Virus record (IMG/VR): IMGVR_UViG_3300037067_007163
Span: 7,496 to 71,495 of that record
Origin: a virus
Lineage: Duplodnaviria; Caudoviricetes
Strand: one strand, 5' to 3'
DNA length: 64,000 nt
Shown: positions 46,513 through 56,143 of the stretch, piece by piece
How the letters are laid out: each line of letters opens with the position of its first letter
Numbering within the stretch: position 1 is the first letter of the stretch
The notes under the pieces: model-generated
Database searches by the model: none
Seen by the model: the letters and a program-made list of their open reading frames with translations, nothing else
Told to the model about the DNA's origin: nothing
Made by a program: the position numbers and the translations under genes

Positions 46513-48867
46513 TCAAATTGCTCTGTAAGTTGCAATACCGTTGACTTCTTGAACTGCACTGCCGAGTCTCTTCTTGGATTTGCTGCCATCCTTGCGTTCT
46601 ACGTCTACTGTTTCCCCAGTGTGGCCAGAAGGCCCACGTATCAACCAAGCATTCTCTGTTGTACTCTTAGACCAAGTGAAGGTTGTCAATGTTGGTGGAA
46701 CACTTGGTGTTGGTGGTAAGATTTCAGTGGGCATGGGTTTGTTTTGACCAGACAAAATGCTATCAATGCTGAGGGAATCATTTCCTGTGAAGAAAGGGCA
46801 ATCCCCTACATCTAATTGCAGCTTTGCTCTGGTCACTGCAACGTATAGTAGCTTACGATCTGCATCACAACACTTGCTTGCTGTAGGAAAGTCGGAAGCT
46901 AATCGTACACTATCCCATTCACGACCCTTAGATTTATGCGCAGTACTGATTACAAGGTCAGCATCTTTCTCTTCCGGCATAGCACGCAAAGCACTTAGGA
47001 TAGTATCAGCCCCAAACCCGTCAATTAACTTCACGAGCAGTTTGAGATCAGCACCATCCTCATCTGTCTTCACATACTCTTGCACCTCACACCAGCTGCT
47101 GAAGCAAGCCAACTCAGGGTGGCCAGTAGGTTGCAATTGCTGTAGGTTCTTAGCTGCCTCTACGAAAGCAATGACATCTGAACCACCCCCAACTAGGAAT
47201 GGCTTTCTTCCTTCAGCAATGGCTTCTAACAAGGAAGCTACTGCTAAGGCATTAGTGCGACAGAGGATTGCTCTTGGTTTAGCAATTGGCACAATCTTGC
47301 TAGGGATAGAGGGCAACCCCTTCAATCGTAGTGGTGTAGGTTCCTCTAAGGTTTCTAGCACTTTGTTGGCTAGGTTAGCAATGGCTTCACCAAACCGAAA
47401 CGACTGACTTAAAAACAATCGATTGGCATTGGGGAAAGAATCTAATGCATTCACTGCTCCACGCCATTCGTAGATTTGTTGAGCACTGTCACCAACCCCA
47501 ATTAGTACGGGTGGGTTTGGTTTGTCTAGCTGCTGTTGTAAGATAGAGATCAATACCTTCGCGGTGTCCTGGAATTCATCAATCATAATGTAGTCTGCTG
47601 AGATAGTGGGATTATTTAATTCCCATATCTTAACATAGTGATCATGGTTGAATGGTAATTGCCCATCTGGGTCACTCAAATCCCTCCAAGCATCTTCTAC
47701 ATACGGTAATAGGTATTCTCGCAATTGGTTGTTGTTTTCGTAAGTACGATGACCGTCTTTTGGTAGATCAATACCATCGACGTATCGGAAATGGTCTGCC
47801 ACAACTTGCTTATCAGCGGACTGGCAGAATCTGCGAATTGCACCCATTACTTGAGAAGCCATCCAACCGGGGGATAGTCTCTTAGTTATTGACTTGGTTT
47901 GCTTTGTTTTTTCGTCAACAACTTCACCAATGGTCAATACCAATTCTTCAATGTCTAGTATCTTCGCTAGTCTATCAGCACGCACTCGACCTTGATTCAG
48001 CCGATGGGCAAACCTTTTGCCCTCCGCTCGAAAGGCAAGACTGTGAGTAGTGTTACAAGCAACTTTTGTACCTTGGAACTTTGCTTTGCTTTCAGCAACC
48101 AGTGATGTGTTGAACGCTGTGTATTGCCCAATGCCAGACAGCACGTCGGCTAACATTCGTAAAGTTGCTGTTTTGCCACACCCAGCTCCAGCTTCAACCA
48201 TCAATATGCTCTTGTCCTTCATGCACTGTTGTACAGCTTCAAGAATTGCTTTCTGCTCTTCCGTTGGCTGCAGCTTCTGCTTAACAATTGGTTTTGAGTT
48301 TTCTTGTTTAATCTTGTCAGCTAGGTTGGATACTGATGAGGAATTCTGTGCAGAACTTTCTGCATCGATTGGTTCACAAATTATGGAATCATGAATTTGT
48401 CCTACTTTTTTGAACCCTGCTGGAATGCATAAAGGTATGGGAGTTGCTTCCGCAGATTCCCACTGTTTCTGAAAGTTACTAATTGTTTTCTTTGCTAGAT
48501 CTGTTGAGTATCTTTTCATTCCATCCTTGTAATCCTCAATTTGCTGGCGAATGTCAGAGGTCTCCGCAATCGTCGTTGCATCCCCAGTCATCCCAGTTTG
48601 GGTCGTAGTCTGGGTGTCCTGGGTTTGCTTCTCCGCAGGGGTATGGGGGTAGGTAGTTAGGTTGTCGAAAGGGAGTGGCTGCTTGGCTGCCTCCAACACT
48701 TCCTCAGCAATCCGTTTCTTTTCAGTTTTGCCACACTCTGGTTTTGCATTTTGTGCTGTTTTTCGACAAGTAGTACATTGCCCTTGGCTGTTGAGACTAC
48801 TAGGGTCTCTCAACTGCTTGCAAGTCGAACAACGCACACGACGGGGTTTCTTTTCTTTCTTAGCCAT
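46513..48867 (-). CDS. SF1 UvrD/Rep-like helicase with N-terminal zinc finger
   Basis: AGAGCGKT, IDEFQD, VGDSAQQIYEWRG, SQSFRFG, STAHKSKGREW, LYVAVTRA. Confidence 0.9.
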   Translation of the reverse strand: MAKKEKKPRRVRCSTCKQLRDPSSLNSQGQCTTCRKTAQNAKPECGKTEKKRIAEEVLEAAKQPLPFDNLTTYPHTPAEKQTQDTQTTTQTGMTGDATTIAETSDIRQQIEDYKDGMKRYSTDLAKKTISNFQKQWESAEATPIPLCIPAGFKKVGQIHDSIICEPIDAESSAQNSSSVSNLADKIKQENSKPIVKQKLQPTEEQKAILEAVQQCMKDKSILMVEAGAGCGKTATLRMLADVLSGIGQYTAFNTSLVAESKAKFQGTKVACNTTHSLAFRAEGKRFAHRLNQGRVRADRLAKILDIEELVLTIGEVVDEKTKQTKSITKRLSPGWMASQVMGAIRRFCQSADKQVVADHFRYVDGIDLPKDGHRTYENNNQLREYLLPYVEDAWRDLSDPDGQLPFNHDHYVKIWELNNPTISADYIMIDEFQDTAKVLISILQQQLDKPNPPVLIGVGDSAQQIYEWRGAVNALDSFPNANRLFLSQSFRFGEAIANLANKVLETLEEPTPLRLKGLPSIPSKIVPIAKPRAILCRTNALAVASLLEAIAEGRKPFLVGGGSDVIAFVEAAKNLQQLQPTGHPELACFSSWCEVQEYVKTDEDGADLKLLVKLIDGFGADTILSALRAMPEEKDADLVISTAHKSKGREWDSVRLASDFPTASKCCDADRKLLYVAVTRAKLQLDVGDCPFFTGNDSLSIDSILSGQNKPMPTEILPPTPSVPPTLTTFTWSKSTTENAWLIRGPSGHTGETVDVERKDGSKSKKRLGSAVQEVNGIATYRAI

Positions 48868-48869
48868 GA

Positions 48870-49106
48870 TTATCTTCCTCCTTTAACATTAGGTCCATGT
48901 ACACGAACGCGGGCATCATCAAATGCATGATGCATCTCATCCTCAGTCATACCAGACAATTCCTTTAGTAAGTCTAGTAATGGCTCAGCATCCACAACCC
49001 AACAAATATGAATTCCCCCTCCAAATCCATGCATGGGATCATAACAACTTTTCGTGATGTGTTCTAATATTGGCTCTATTGGTACATCTTTAATTTTTGT
49101 GGTCAC
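48870..49106 (-). CDS. Hypothetical protein
   Basis: Start revised to GTG after AAAGGAG. Confidence 0.5.
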   Translation of the reverse strand: MTTKIKDVPIEPILEHITKSCYDPMHGFGGGIHICWVVDAEPLLDLLKELSGMTEDEMHHAFDDARVRVHGPNVKGGR

Positions 49107-49488
49107 AATTTTGCTCCTTTTCTGAATAGATCTTCCCAGGCCAACTTTCAATGTTTGTTTTAAGCATTGGAAACTTATCCGCCAAAACAAGTTTGAACAT
49201 TCCAGGAGGAATTGGCTCTGACGGCAGCTTATGGGAAAATGCAATAAACTTTTGATTCATTTCCTTCAAAATGGCAATTATTGCACTGTCGCATTTAGCC
49301 TTTCTTAATTCTTGCAAAGCAGCAGCTTCTTTGATCAGATCTAAGCAAATGCCGAGCATGGCATCAAGCTGTGAATCAGACTGTTCCCCACTTGGTTTAT
49401 CCTCCCAAACTTTAGGTGGGTGATTTTTGTATTCCAAATACTTAGAAACATATTCTATTGCTTTCACAATCTTGCTCCTATTGTTCAA
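49090..49488 (-). CDS. Hypothetical protein
   Basis: ORF in the leftward operon. Confidence 0.5.
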   Translation of the reverse strand: MNNRSKIVKAIEYVSKYLEYKNHPPKVWEDKPSGEQSDSQLDAMLGICLDLIKEAAALQELRKAKCDSAIIAILKEMNQKFIAFSHKLPSEPIPPGMFKLVLADKFPMLKTNIESWPGKIYSEKEQNCDHKN

Positions 49489-49504
49489 TTGGTTGATAGT
49501 GTAG

Positions 49505-49900
49505 TTAGTCTAATCGGTCCCCAGCATATGCTCGAATTCCAACCTTGTTGAGGTATTCTGCCATGGCTCCAGCATGTGCTACTTTCTTTTGGTGGCATTG
49601 GCTATAAGCACTGACCCAGATTGAAACACCACCGTAGTAATGTGATTTTGCATGCCCATGCTTCACTAACCATTTAGCAAATGCTGAAGTGCCTGGTTTA
49701 ATAACAACCCAAGCAAATCCACAAACCCCAGACGGAACATCCCAGTACCGTTGAATTTCAGATGAGTCATCTAACGGATTTGCATGCTGCACCACTGTCA
49801 TCGGAATAGGTGTACACTTTTGAGCTGCTAAAGCACCTTTGGCTTGAGCGGAATGATAGATGGTCTCAAACATTTCATTTTGTAATTTGCCATTCATCAA
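49505..49900 (-). CDS. Conserved phage hypothetical protein
   Basis: GVCGFAWV...GGVSIW...YAGDRLD motif. Confidence 0.65.
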   Translation of the reverse strand: MMNGKLQNEMFETIYHSAQAKGALAAQKCTPIPMTVVQHANPLDDSSEIQRYWDVPSGVCGFAWVVIKPGTSAFAKWLVKHGHAKSHYYGGVSIWVSAYSQCHQKKVAHAGAMAEYLNKVGIRAYAGDRLD

Positions 49901-50179
49901 TTACTTCCTTTGCAGTTCTAATTTTTGACACTGTAATTACAAGTAGCAGGTCTAGATGGTGTTCTTATGCGTCTTGAACACCACCTAGACCCACCACCCT
50001 AGCTGTTGTCACTCAGCTATCTGTTGGGTGGTGGGCCAAAGCTAAGGCCATCCTCCTCGACCATCACAGTCCAAGTCTTCGGCTGTATCACAGCCATCAT
50101 CTTCTATTGCCCCCCAGCCCGTTGGTGACAAGGCCAGGATAATGCTAATGTTCAGTAACATGTTTAGTGTCCCTACTAA

Positions 50180-50608
50180 TTATTTAATGTTGACTTTTGG
50201 CCAGACATAGGGCAACTTGCCCTTGGTATTAGGCACTGCTGGCTGTTCCTGCCAACCAAACTTGCTGTACCAATTCCAATCTTTGTATAGCAACGCTGCT
50301 CGATGGCTAGCATGAAAAGCAAGGTCACCTAGCCAAGGCGGCATTTGACTACCATTGTTCAAGTACTCAGAAAACGTAGCAACGTGGTGTGGGTAATGTC
50401 GTCCACGCCTACTCAATTCAGCCAAACCAAACAGTGCATATCTAGCCAAAGCACACTCGTATCCACGCCACATCTTAGCTACGGGGTGGTTTGGCCAGCC
50501 ACCTCGAATGATTGTCAAACACTCACGGTAAATTTGATTACCCAACCGCTTTGGATCAAGGCATTGCACTGATTTTTCAAAGTCAGGATAGGGTAGAAAA
50601 ACTTGCAT
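50180..50608 (-). CDS. Pyrimidine-dimer DNA glycosylase-like (T4 EndoV/MSMEG_6728 family)
   Basis: MQVFLPY...LDPKRLGNQ..E, HPVAKMWRGY, PWLGD..FH.SHRAALL.K, YVWP. Confidence 0.8.
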   Translation of the reverse strand: MQVFLPYPDFEKSVQCLDPKRLGNQIYRECLTIIRGGWPNHPVAKMWRGYECALARYALFGLAELSRRGRHYPHHVATFSEYLNNGSQMPPWLGDLAFHASHRAALLYKDWNWYSKFGWQEQPAVPNTKGKLPYVWPKVNIK

Positions 50609-50615
50609 CAATAGT

Positions 50616-50882
50616 CTACCTTTCAATAGTATTAGTGTATTTTCCGTATACGGTTTCTTTCTGCTCGGCTTCGTTGCCAATACCGGCAGCTATTAAGCAG
50701 TCAACAACCAGATCAGCATTATTGTATTGTGGGTATCTTGAGTTGACCCAATTTATAAGATCAGCTCTAGAAATGTGAGACCAAGAAGCTATTTCCGTCA
50801 GGTCATCACTGAACATGGATTGGTCACGATGTTCATCAATCCATTGGTGAATGATGGGTAAAATGTTGACAAATTCCTTCAA
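50616..50882 (-). CDS. Hypothetical protein
   Basis: GGAG SD. Confidence 0.5.
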   Translation of the reverse strand: MKEFVNILPIIHQWIDEHRDQSMFSDDLTEIASWSHISRADLINWVNSRYPQYNNADLVVDCLIAAGIGNEAEQKETVYGKYTNTIER

Positions 50883-50885
50883 AAT

Positions 50886-51095
50886 CTAACTCCTCTTGTT
50901 GGTTCTTACTTTTACATCCTTGATTGTACTGACTACAAATCCACGTTTCCAAGATTGTTCTAGCACTTGCCTACGTGCTTCTAATTCATTGAATGCACGT
51001 ACATTGGTGCATTGATATTCCCATTCTGGCCCTTGCTCTTCACCAAATGGTTTATCACTGCGTAACACTACGGTCATCGTGTAATTGTTCATCAT
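50886..51095 (-). CDS. Hypothetical protein
   Basis: AAGGAAG SD. Confidence 0.5.
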   Translation of the reverse strand: MMNNYTMTVVLRSDKPFGEEQGPEWEYQCTNVRAFNELEARRQVLEQSWKRGFVVSTIKDVKVRTNKRS

Positions 51096-51147
51096 TATCT
51101 TCCTTGAATTTGGTGTTTACAACTAAACAAAATAGAAAATCAAATGT

Positions 51148-51348
51148 CTAGGTGTCAGCGGTCAAAGTTTCTAGTCCTTCAATTGATGCTGTACCATAGT
51201 TTTTTGCAAATAACTCACCAATTGGTGAGTTAGATTGGTGGGTTTCCACATCTAACAGCGTTACACTGCCAATAATAGCGGCAGCTTCCATTGGTTCAAT
51301 TTCTCCACTGCGAATTGCTGTCAGTAAAATGGATTCAAGCCTGGTCAT
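51148..51348 (-). CDS. Hypothetical protein
   Basis: Start revised to ATG after GGAG. Confidence 0.5.
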   Translation of the reverse strand: MTRLESILLTAIRSGEIEPMEAAAIIGSVTLLDVETHQSNSPIGELFAKNYGTASIEGLETLTADT

Positions 51349-51447
51349 AATTATTACTCCACAGATAGCATTAACAACTAAGAACAGGAACTGCTGTTGG
51401 AGTCGAACCAACAATTAGGTGGCCTACCACTGCAGTTCTAACTGGCA

Positions 51448-51690
51448 CTAGCCATAGCCGTAGCCGTAGCCGTCGCCGTAGCCGTAGCCGTAGCCGTTGC
51501 CGTAGCCGTAGCCGTAGCCGTCGCCGTAGCCGTTGCCGTCGCCGTCGCCGTAGCCGTAGCCGTAGCCGTAGCCGTTGCCGTCGCCGTCGCCGTTGCCGTC
51601 GCCGTAGCCGTAGCCGTAGCCGTAGCCGTTGCCGTCGCCGTCGCCGTAGCTACAGTAAATGTCAACCAGTAATGTGTTTGTTCCAGGCAT
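51448..51690 (-). CDS. Gly-Tyr/Asp/Asn dipeptide-repeat protein
   Basis: MPGTNTLLVDIYCS followed by about 33 G(Y/D/N) units; GAGG upstream. Confidence 0.6.
   Translation of the reverse strand: MPGTNTLLVDIYCSYGDGDGNGYGYGYGYGDGNGDGDGNGYGYGYGYGDGDGNGYGDGYGYGYGNGYGYGYGDGYGYGYG
51451..51650. repeat. Hexanucleotide tandem repeat (GCCGTH)n
   Basis: gccgta/gccgtc/gccgtt units over ~200 bp. Confidence 0.95.
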
Positions 51691-51970
51691 TTTGATCGAC
51701 CTCAATCATGTGAATAATTTGGGATTCAGTAACTAGCACAGTGCAAGATGCGCCTAGCTTGGTTTCTTTTAGTGGTCCACCCACCAATTCACCAAGATGT
51801 TGGCTACTGCCCCAACGAATGAGAGAACGAGCACCGTGAATGGTGCAACCTTTCTCATTTGGGCAAACTCTGCCAACGTACACGAATCCCCGTTCGATGA
51901 CCACGATCTTGATTGGCCCAGTTTCTTGAAGCGGTACATACTGAACACCATCTACAGTAATCGTTTTCAC
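51662..51970 (-). CDS. Conserved phage protein (DUF6948-like)
   Basis: IVVIERGFVYVG...ARSLIRWG...LGELVGGP; typically adjacent to Gly-rich repeat ORFs. Confidence 0.65.
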   Translation of the reverse strand: MKTITVDGVQYVPLQETGPIKIVVIERGFVYVGRVCPNEKGCTIHGARSLIRWGSSQHLGELVGGPLKETKLGASCTVLVTESQIIHMIEVDQNAWNKHITG

Positions 51971-52017
51971 TTTTGATTCTCCAAAACAAAAACGCCTTGG
52001 CAAAGTGCCTCAGCAAG

Positions 52018-52079
52018 TGGCCAGTGAGAGAATCGAACTCCCGTCTGCTTCTATTATTTTGCAGACACCATTCAGGCCA
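52018..52079 (-). ncRNA. Degenerate tRNA-like element (T-arm present, no D-arm)
   Basis: GGGAG-TTCGATT-CTCTC T-arm, TGGCC/GGCCA acceptor-like stem, GTCTGC/GCAGAC hairpin. Confidence 0.45.
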
Positions 52080-52098
52080 ACAGATCTAAATGTTAAGA

Positions 52099-52509
52099 TC
52101 AAATTGCATCTACCAACCGATGAAGTTCAGATTTTGCTTCTTCATTGATACTGAACTTACCGTTGCCGCAGCGATGGTTCTCGATTGCCGCAATCAAGCT
52201 TTTGACTGCCGCTTGGCATCGTCTGTCTTCCGTCTTGGCATCAATCTTACTTTGCAGCCATTCAACAGCACAAAGTTGACGACAACCGTAGCCTTTCTTG
52301 AATTCATTGCCATGCTTGTCATAGACTTGGGTGTCAAAATTGTCTGGAACACCATTACCATCTGCGATGATGGTAATGTGACCATGGCCATTGATCTTTG
52401 AAACAGTACCAAACCCGTGGTTTAGCAAAGTTCCGTAGTGAGTGCGACAGAATCCAACACGATCTCCAACCTTGAGATCAGCAATTACTAAATCTAATAC
52501 TGTAGCCAT
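52099..52509 (-). CDS. Hypothetical protein
   Basis: GGAG SD; KVGDRV SH3-like start. Confidence 0.6.
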   Translation of the reverse strand: MATVLDLVIADLKVGDRVGFCRTHYGTLLNHGFGTVSKINGHGHITIIADGNGVPDNFDTQVYDKHGNEFKKGYGCRQLCAVEWLQSKIDAKTEDRRCQAAVKSLIAAIENHRCGNGKFSINEEAKSELHRLVDAI

Positions 52510-52756
52510 GATTTTCGCTCCGTAGTATAGTGGTCAAAATTAGAAAGCAAACAGTAGCCTGCCGTGGTTGCCAAGCCATTGAAATCCAGATTAGGTTTCG
52601 CAATGGGGTATTGGCTAAGACGGCAGGTTCACTTTTTGCTCTCAGTAACGGTTGGTCTTGGTTGCCTCTCTGGACGTGACCAGGGCTCAACGGAGTAACC
52701 CCAGCAGTTTGGGGCTAACACCCTTTGTGCTTACCTCCTCCTAACTTAGTCAACAC

Positions 52757-52969
52757 TCAATATAACTCAATATAAAATCGAAAGTTGCACTCATCAGGAT
52801 GCGTTTCAGCAATTTTGGGCATCATTGCTTCGAGCCTCTTGCGAGAAGTATCACGATAAATCACATGTCCATCTTTCTCACAAGCAAAGTCACGTATCTC
52901 ACGTCCTTGCGCATCCTTTACTCCAGGTTTCCAATCACCACAAATTACGCGACATTTTTGCTTACTCAT
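52757..52969 (-). CDS. Hypothetical protein
   Basis: Likely start MSKQKCR. Confidence 0.45.
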   Translation of the reverse strand: MSKQKCRVICGDWKPGVKDAQGREIRDFACEKDGHVIYRDTSRKRLEAMMPKIAETHPDECNFRFYIELY

Positions 52970-53180
52970 GATATTTGCTCTGTAACTTTTGAGAACTTGG
53001 CTAGACATCGTCAGGCAGTGGGTAGCCAACCCATTACGACCCACCACTAGAATGGTAGGTTTCGTCATTGCCTTCATCCCGTCGGGCGTTGTACCGATCA
53101 CCACCTGAAGGCCAGGAGGGCGGGAAATATTAAGTTTTCAAAGACCGAACCGGCGGGGCCTTATTAACCCCGCACAACAA

Positions 53181-53211
53181 CTATTATACTAAGTTAGGCG
53201 AACAAGTAAAT
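53181..53211 (-). promoter_or_regulatory. Sigma70-like leftward promoter
   Basis: TTTACT-16 nt-TATAAT; shares ACTTAGTATAATAG with the 30850 promoter. Confidence 0.65.
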
Positions 53212-53307
53212 AGCAAGTGGCCATAATTATAGGGGGGTATTGACGGATTTTTAGTATTCGTAAACCCATGAAACGTAAGGAGTTACGATTTCACCTGAAA
53301 TTTAGGC

Positions 53308-53338
53308 AAAAGAAAAGCCTCCGATTGCTCGAAGGCTA
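53308..53338 (-). terminator. Rho-independent terminator
   Basis: AGCCT..AGGCT hairpin followed by TTTTCTTTT on the minus strand. Confidence 0.7.
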
Positions 53339-53369
53339 ATTGCAATTGATAGTGGCTAAGTAAGCAGGG

Positions 53370-55103
53370 CTAAACAGCGTCTTCTGATTGAGTTATTGGC
53401 TGCTTCTTGGACAAGCTCTTGGTCCAAACCATTTTAATGTTGCCAGCGCCTTGATATCCTGTTTGAATTTTGAGTTTGGCACTGTTCTTGCTCAGCTCAA
53501 TAATCTTGCCTTGCCAATCCTCACCGCCCTTCTCGCGAACCCAAACAACTTGGCCAATTTTCCAAGTGGAGACTTTTTCACCCTTATTCTTCGAGGTCAA
53601 GACAGATTCCTTTCCATTGTTAGGCTTCATGAGAAATAGATCTACAGTGTCTACCTCCCATTCCTTGCCAGCAGCAGTCTTGACATCGACGAGAATCCTA
53701 TCAGAATTCTCTACCTTCCAAGGATCACTAATCAATCGTGCTAGATAGTGTTCACCGTCTGGATCCTTGACCCATGCCACGTCGTCAATAGCCCAACTCT
53801 TGCCAGACTTGCTAGGACGCAAGGTAGGAATAGGTAACTTTTTGCCAACTGCTTCTTTCTCCTTGCGGACATGTATCTCTTCAGGAGTGGGGTCTTCGGT
53901 CTTACCGTTGGCTAATACCAATTCCTCCTCATCAATTTCCTCAACGTCCCCTAGATCAATGCCCCCAACGGTTGGGGTATAGGATAGTGTTTCATACCCA
54001 TCCTCGTCTGCATCGTATTCGAGAGCCAACGATTCCAGCGTGATGTCCTCTTTTTCAACGTAGAGGTTCCATGCTGTAGCCAATAGTGCCCAACGGTCTG
54101 CACTGCTGATACGGTTGGCTTCAATCATTGCCGCCCAGGCATCTCGATAGCCTTGTAGTTCTTTTGCATTGCCGGCGATGAGCACAATAAACGTCTGTGC
54201 CTGGTCCCATCGTGCAAAGTCTAACAACTTCTCTTCTGGGGCAGCAGCGGATCGGTAGTCTCCTTCTTTGCTGCCGTCCGAAGTAGAGCACCCCATGAGG
54301 TACATGAACCCAGCAGCGTAGCCAGGGGATAAATACTTGCTAATCTTGCCATCATCGCCGTTTTCTTCTGTGACATGACGCACTGCAGCGAGTAGGCGGG
54401 GGTGCCTGTCTAAAAGATCAAGGTAGTCTGCATGGGACCAATTAGGGCAGAAGGCATTCAGATCCGAACCAACTCGTGTCTTGAAAAACTTGCACGTGGA
54501 TTGGGCATACTTTGCACACCGTTTACGATCTGACGGATTGAGGTCAGCAAAATAGGGGCTGCGATAAATCACGTCGCTAAGGTCACGACGTTCTCCTGTA
54601 TCGATCGTATTGACTACAGCGTCACTTTCTTCAATACCAGAAGTGACAACCGTTTGAAGCACTGGCTCTGACTTCCAAGCTGGCCAACGATCCTTATCTT
54701 TCCGCCATTCCTGCACGGCTAATACTAAACCAATTAAGCGGTGTTGGCCACTAATCAGGATTTCCGTACGACCTATAAGAATAGGTTCACCGTTTAGCTG
54801 CCAATGCCCAGCCAGAATCTCTGATTGCCAACGTCTGGTTAGAGGTGACTTGAAGGGTCGGTTGCCAATGTTCTTAGTACAGCGAATCTTTTTGCCTTCT
54901 ACGTCTAACAACAGATAGTCACTGCCAAACTTCTCTGTACCCTCTTCCTCCCAACCCAATAGTTCCTTGGCATCATCAATTGTAAGGGCTGCATCACCCT
55001 CACACACGTCAGAGGTAACAGTTTCGTACCGTACCTCTCTTTGCTCAACACTCTTCTTTGTGGCTTTCTTCGATTCCTTTTTTGCTTTCGCTTTTGGCGA
55101 CAT
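53370..55103 (-). CDS. ParB/Srx-like domain protein with C-terminal SH3/KOW-like modules
   Basis: NRP...WQLNGEPI...ISGQHRL...IDTG.RR.LSDV. Confidence 0.65.
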   Translation of the reverse strand: MSPKAKAKKESKKATKKSVEQREVRYETVTSDVCEGDAALTIDDAKELLGWEEEGTEKFGSDYLLLDVEGKKIRCTKNIGNRPFKSPLTRRWQSEILAGHWQLNGEPILIGRTEILISGQHRLIGLVLAVQEWRKDKDRWPAWKSEPVLQTVVTSGIEESDAVVNTIDTGERRDLSDVIYRSPYFADLNPSDRKRCAKYAQSTCKFFKTRVGSDLNAFCPNWSHADYLDLLDRHPRLLAAVRHVTEENGDDGKISKYLSPGYAAGFMYLMGCSTSDGSKEGDYRSAAAPEEKLLDFARWDQAQTFIVLIAGNAKELQGYRDAWAAMIEANRISSADRWALLATAWNLYVEKEDITLESLALEYDADEDGYETLSYTPTVGGIDLGDVEEIDEEELVLANGKTEDPTPEEIHVRKEKEAVGKKLPIPTLRPSKSGKSWAIDDVAWVKDPDGEHYLARLISDPWKVENSDRILVDVKTAAGKEWEVDTVDLFLMKPNNGKESVLTSKNKGEKVSTWKIGQVVWVREKGGEDWQGKIIELSKNSAKLKIQTGYQGAGNIKMVWTKSLSKKQPITQSEDAV

Positions 55104-55165
55104 TGCAATAATCCTTCATACAATGAGACATTCACTGCTGAGCTACCCGCTCGGCTAGGCGGCTT

Positions 55166-55194
55166 AGTATAATAGTTGCAAAAGAAAAAGTAAA
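55166..55194 (-). promoter_or_regulatory. Sigma70-like leftward promoter
   Basis: TTTACT-17 nt-TATACT upstream of the ParB-like gene. Confidence 0.55.
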
Positions 55195-55512
55195 TCCCTT
55201 TCCCAAGACTAAATAAATTTGAGGTAGTCTAGGGTAAATGGAAGAATAAGTAGTGGGCAAGCAATGGGCAGTGTAGAGACTGCAGATTTTCGTAAGTCGT
55301 TGCCCCTACTCTACTTAACTATACTTCGTATAGTATCGTCGTAGAGTCCCGCATAACTATTGTACCCTAGTTTCTAGGGTTAATAAAATTGAAATTAGAT
55401 CGACGGAGGAGTCGTCTGGCGATGCGGCAATGCAGCAATGCAAGGGCGAGAAAGTTGTGGGCCAAAGGCATAGTATAATAGTTCCTGCTGAATTTTTAAC
55501 CAAAGGAGGATT

Positions 55513-55746
55513 ATGATGATTCAAGTTGGTACCAAGCTAAAGCGACATCCATGGGATGCATGGCTAAATCGTAAACGTGGAGAAAAGGTGAAATTGGTTA
55601 AGGGCAAGGACTTCACTTGCCAAACCTATGCGATGACTGTACAGATACGTACTGCTGCTAAGAAGCGAGGTCGGTCCGTATCTCTTCACGTAGAGGAACA
55701 TGGCAAGAATAGTGTAATTGTTGTCACCATTACAGGGAGAATTTAG
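55513..55746 (+). CDS. Small basic protein, first gene of the rightward early block
   Basis: AAGGAGG SD; TATAAT at 55474. Confidence 0.65.
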   Translation: MMIQVGTKLKRHPWDAWLNRKRGEKVKLVKGKDFTCQTYAMTVQIRTAAKKRGRSVSLHVEEHGKNSVIVVTITGRI

Positions 55747-55928
55747 TGATGTCTGGCATTAGCTCCTTTAGTCGGTTTGCTTCTTTTTACATAACTGCTT
55801 TTCTATCCACTGTTTGGACAGTAGAGAAGACGTTGAGCCCAGAGAAACAATTTCCTGCATTTGTGCCTTTACTGCTGGTGTTCTTGCTAGGAGTATTTAC
55901 AGTAATTGGTTGGAGAGGGAGAAACTAA
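55746..55928 (+). CDS. Small membrane protein
   Basis: Two hydrophobic segments. Confidence 0.5.
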   Translation: MMSGISSFSRFASFYITAFLSTVWTVEKTLSPEKQFPAFVPLLLVFLLGVFTVIGWRGRN

Positions 55929-56143
55929 TGATGCCCCACTACTTAGAGACAGTTTCCTTTCTAGCACGAGATCTAACATTCTTGGCTACAGCAGCATTGT
56001 CTCATGTGTGGACGGTGAATGCACTATCCAACCATGATAGATACCCTGAATACAATGTGGTTATTTTAGTATTGACAATTTGTGTGGGAACACACATAGG
56101 GTGGCCAACAACATATTGGAGAAGTAAGTTATGCCAAAAGTAG
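55928..56143 (+). CDS. Small membrane protein
   Basis: Start revised to ATG 55928; two TM segments. Confidence 0.5.
   Translation: MMPHYLETVSFLARDLTFLATAALSHVWTVNALSNHDRYPEYNVVILVLTICVGTHIGWPTTYWRSKLCQK

Noticed and set aside
51438-51665. Poly(Ala-Thr) ORF in the track
   Set aside because: Alternative frame of the hexamer repeat with no SD; the Gly-Tyr frame has a plausible start.
52018-52079. Functional tRNA gene (also 63723-63818)
   Set aside because: Neither has a canonical D-arm plus a 7-nt anticodon loop; kept only as tRNA-like candidates.
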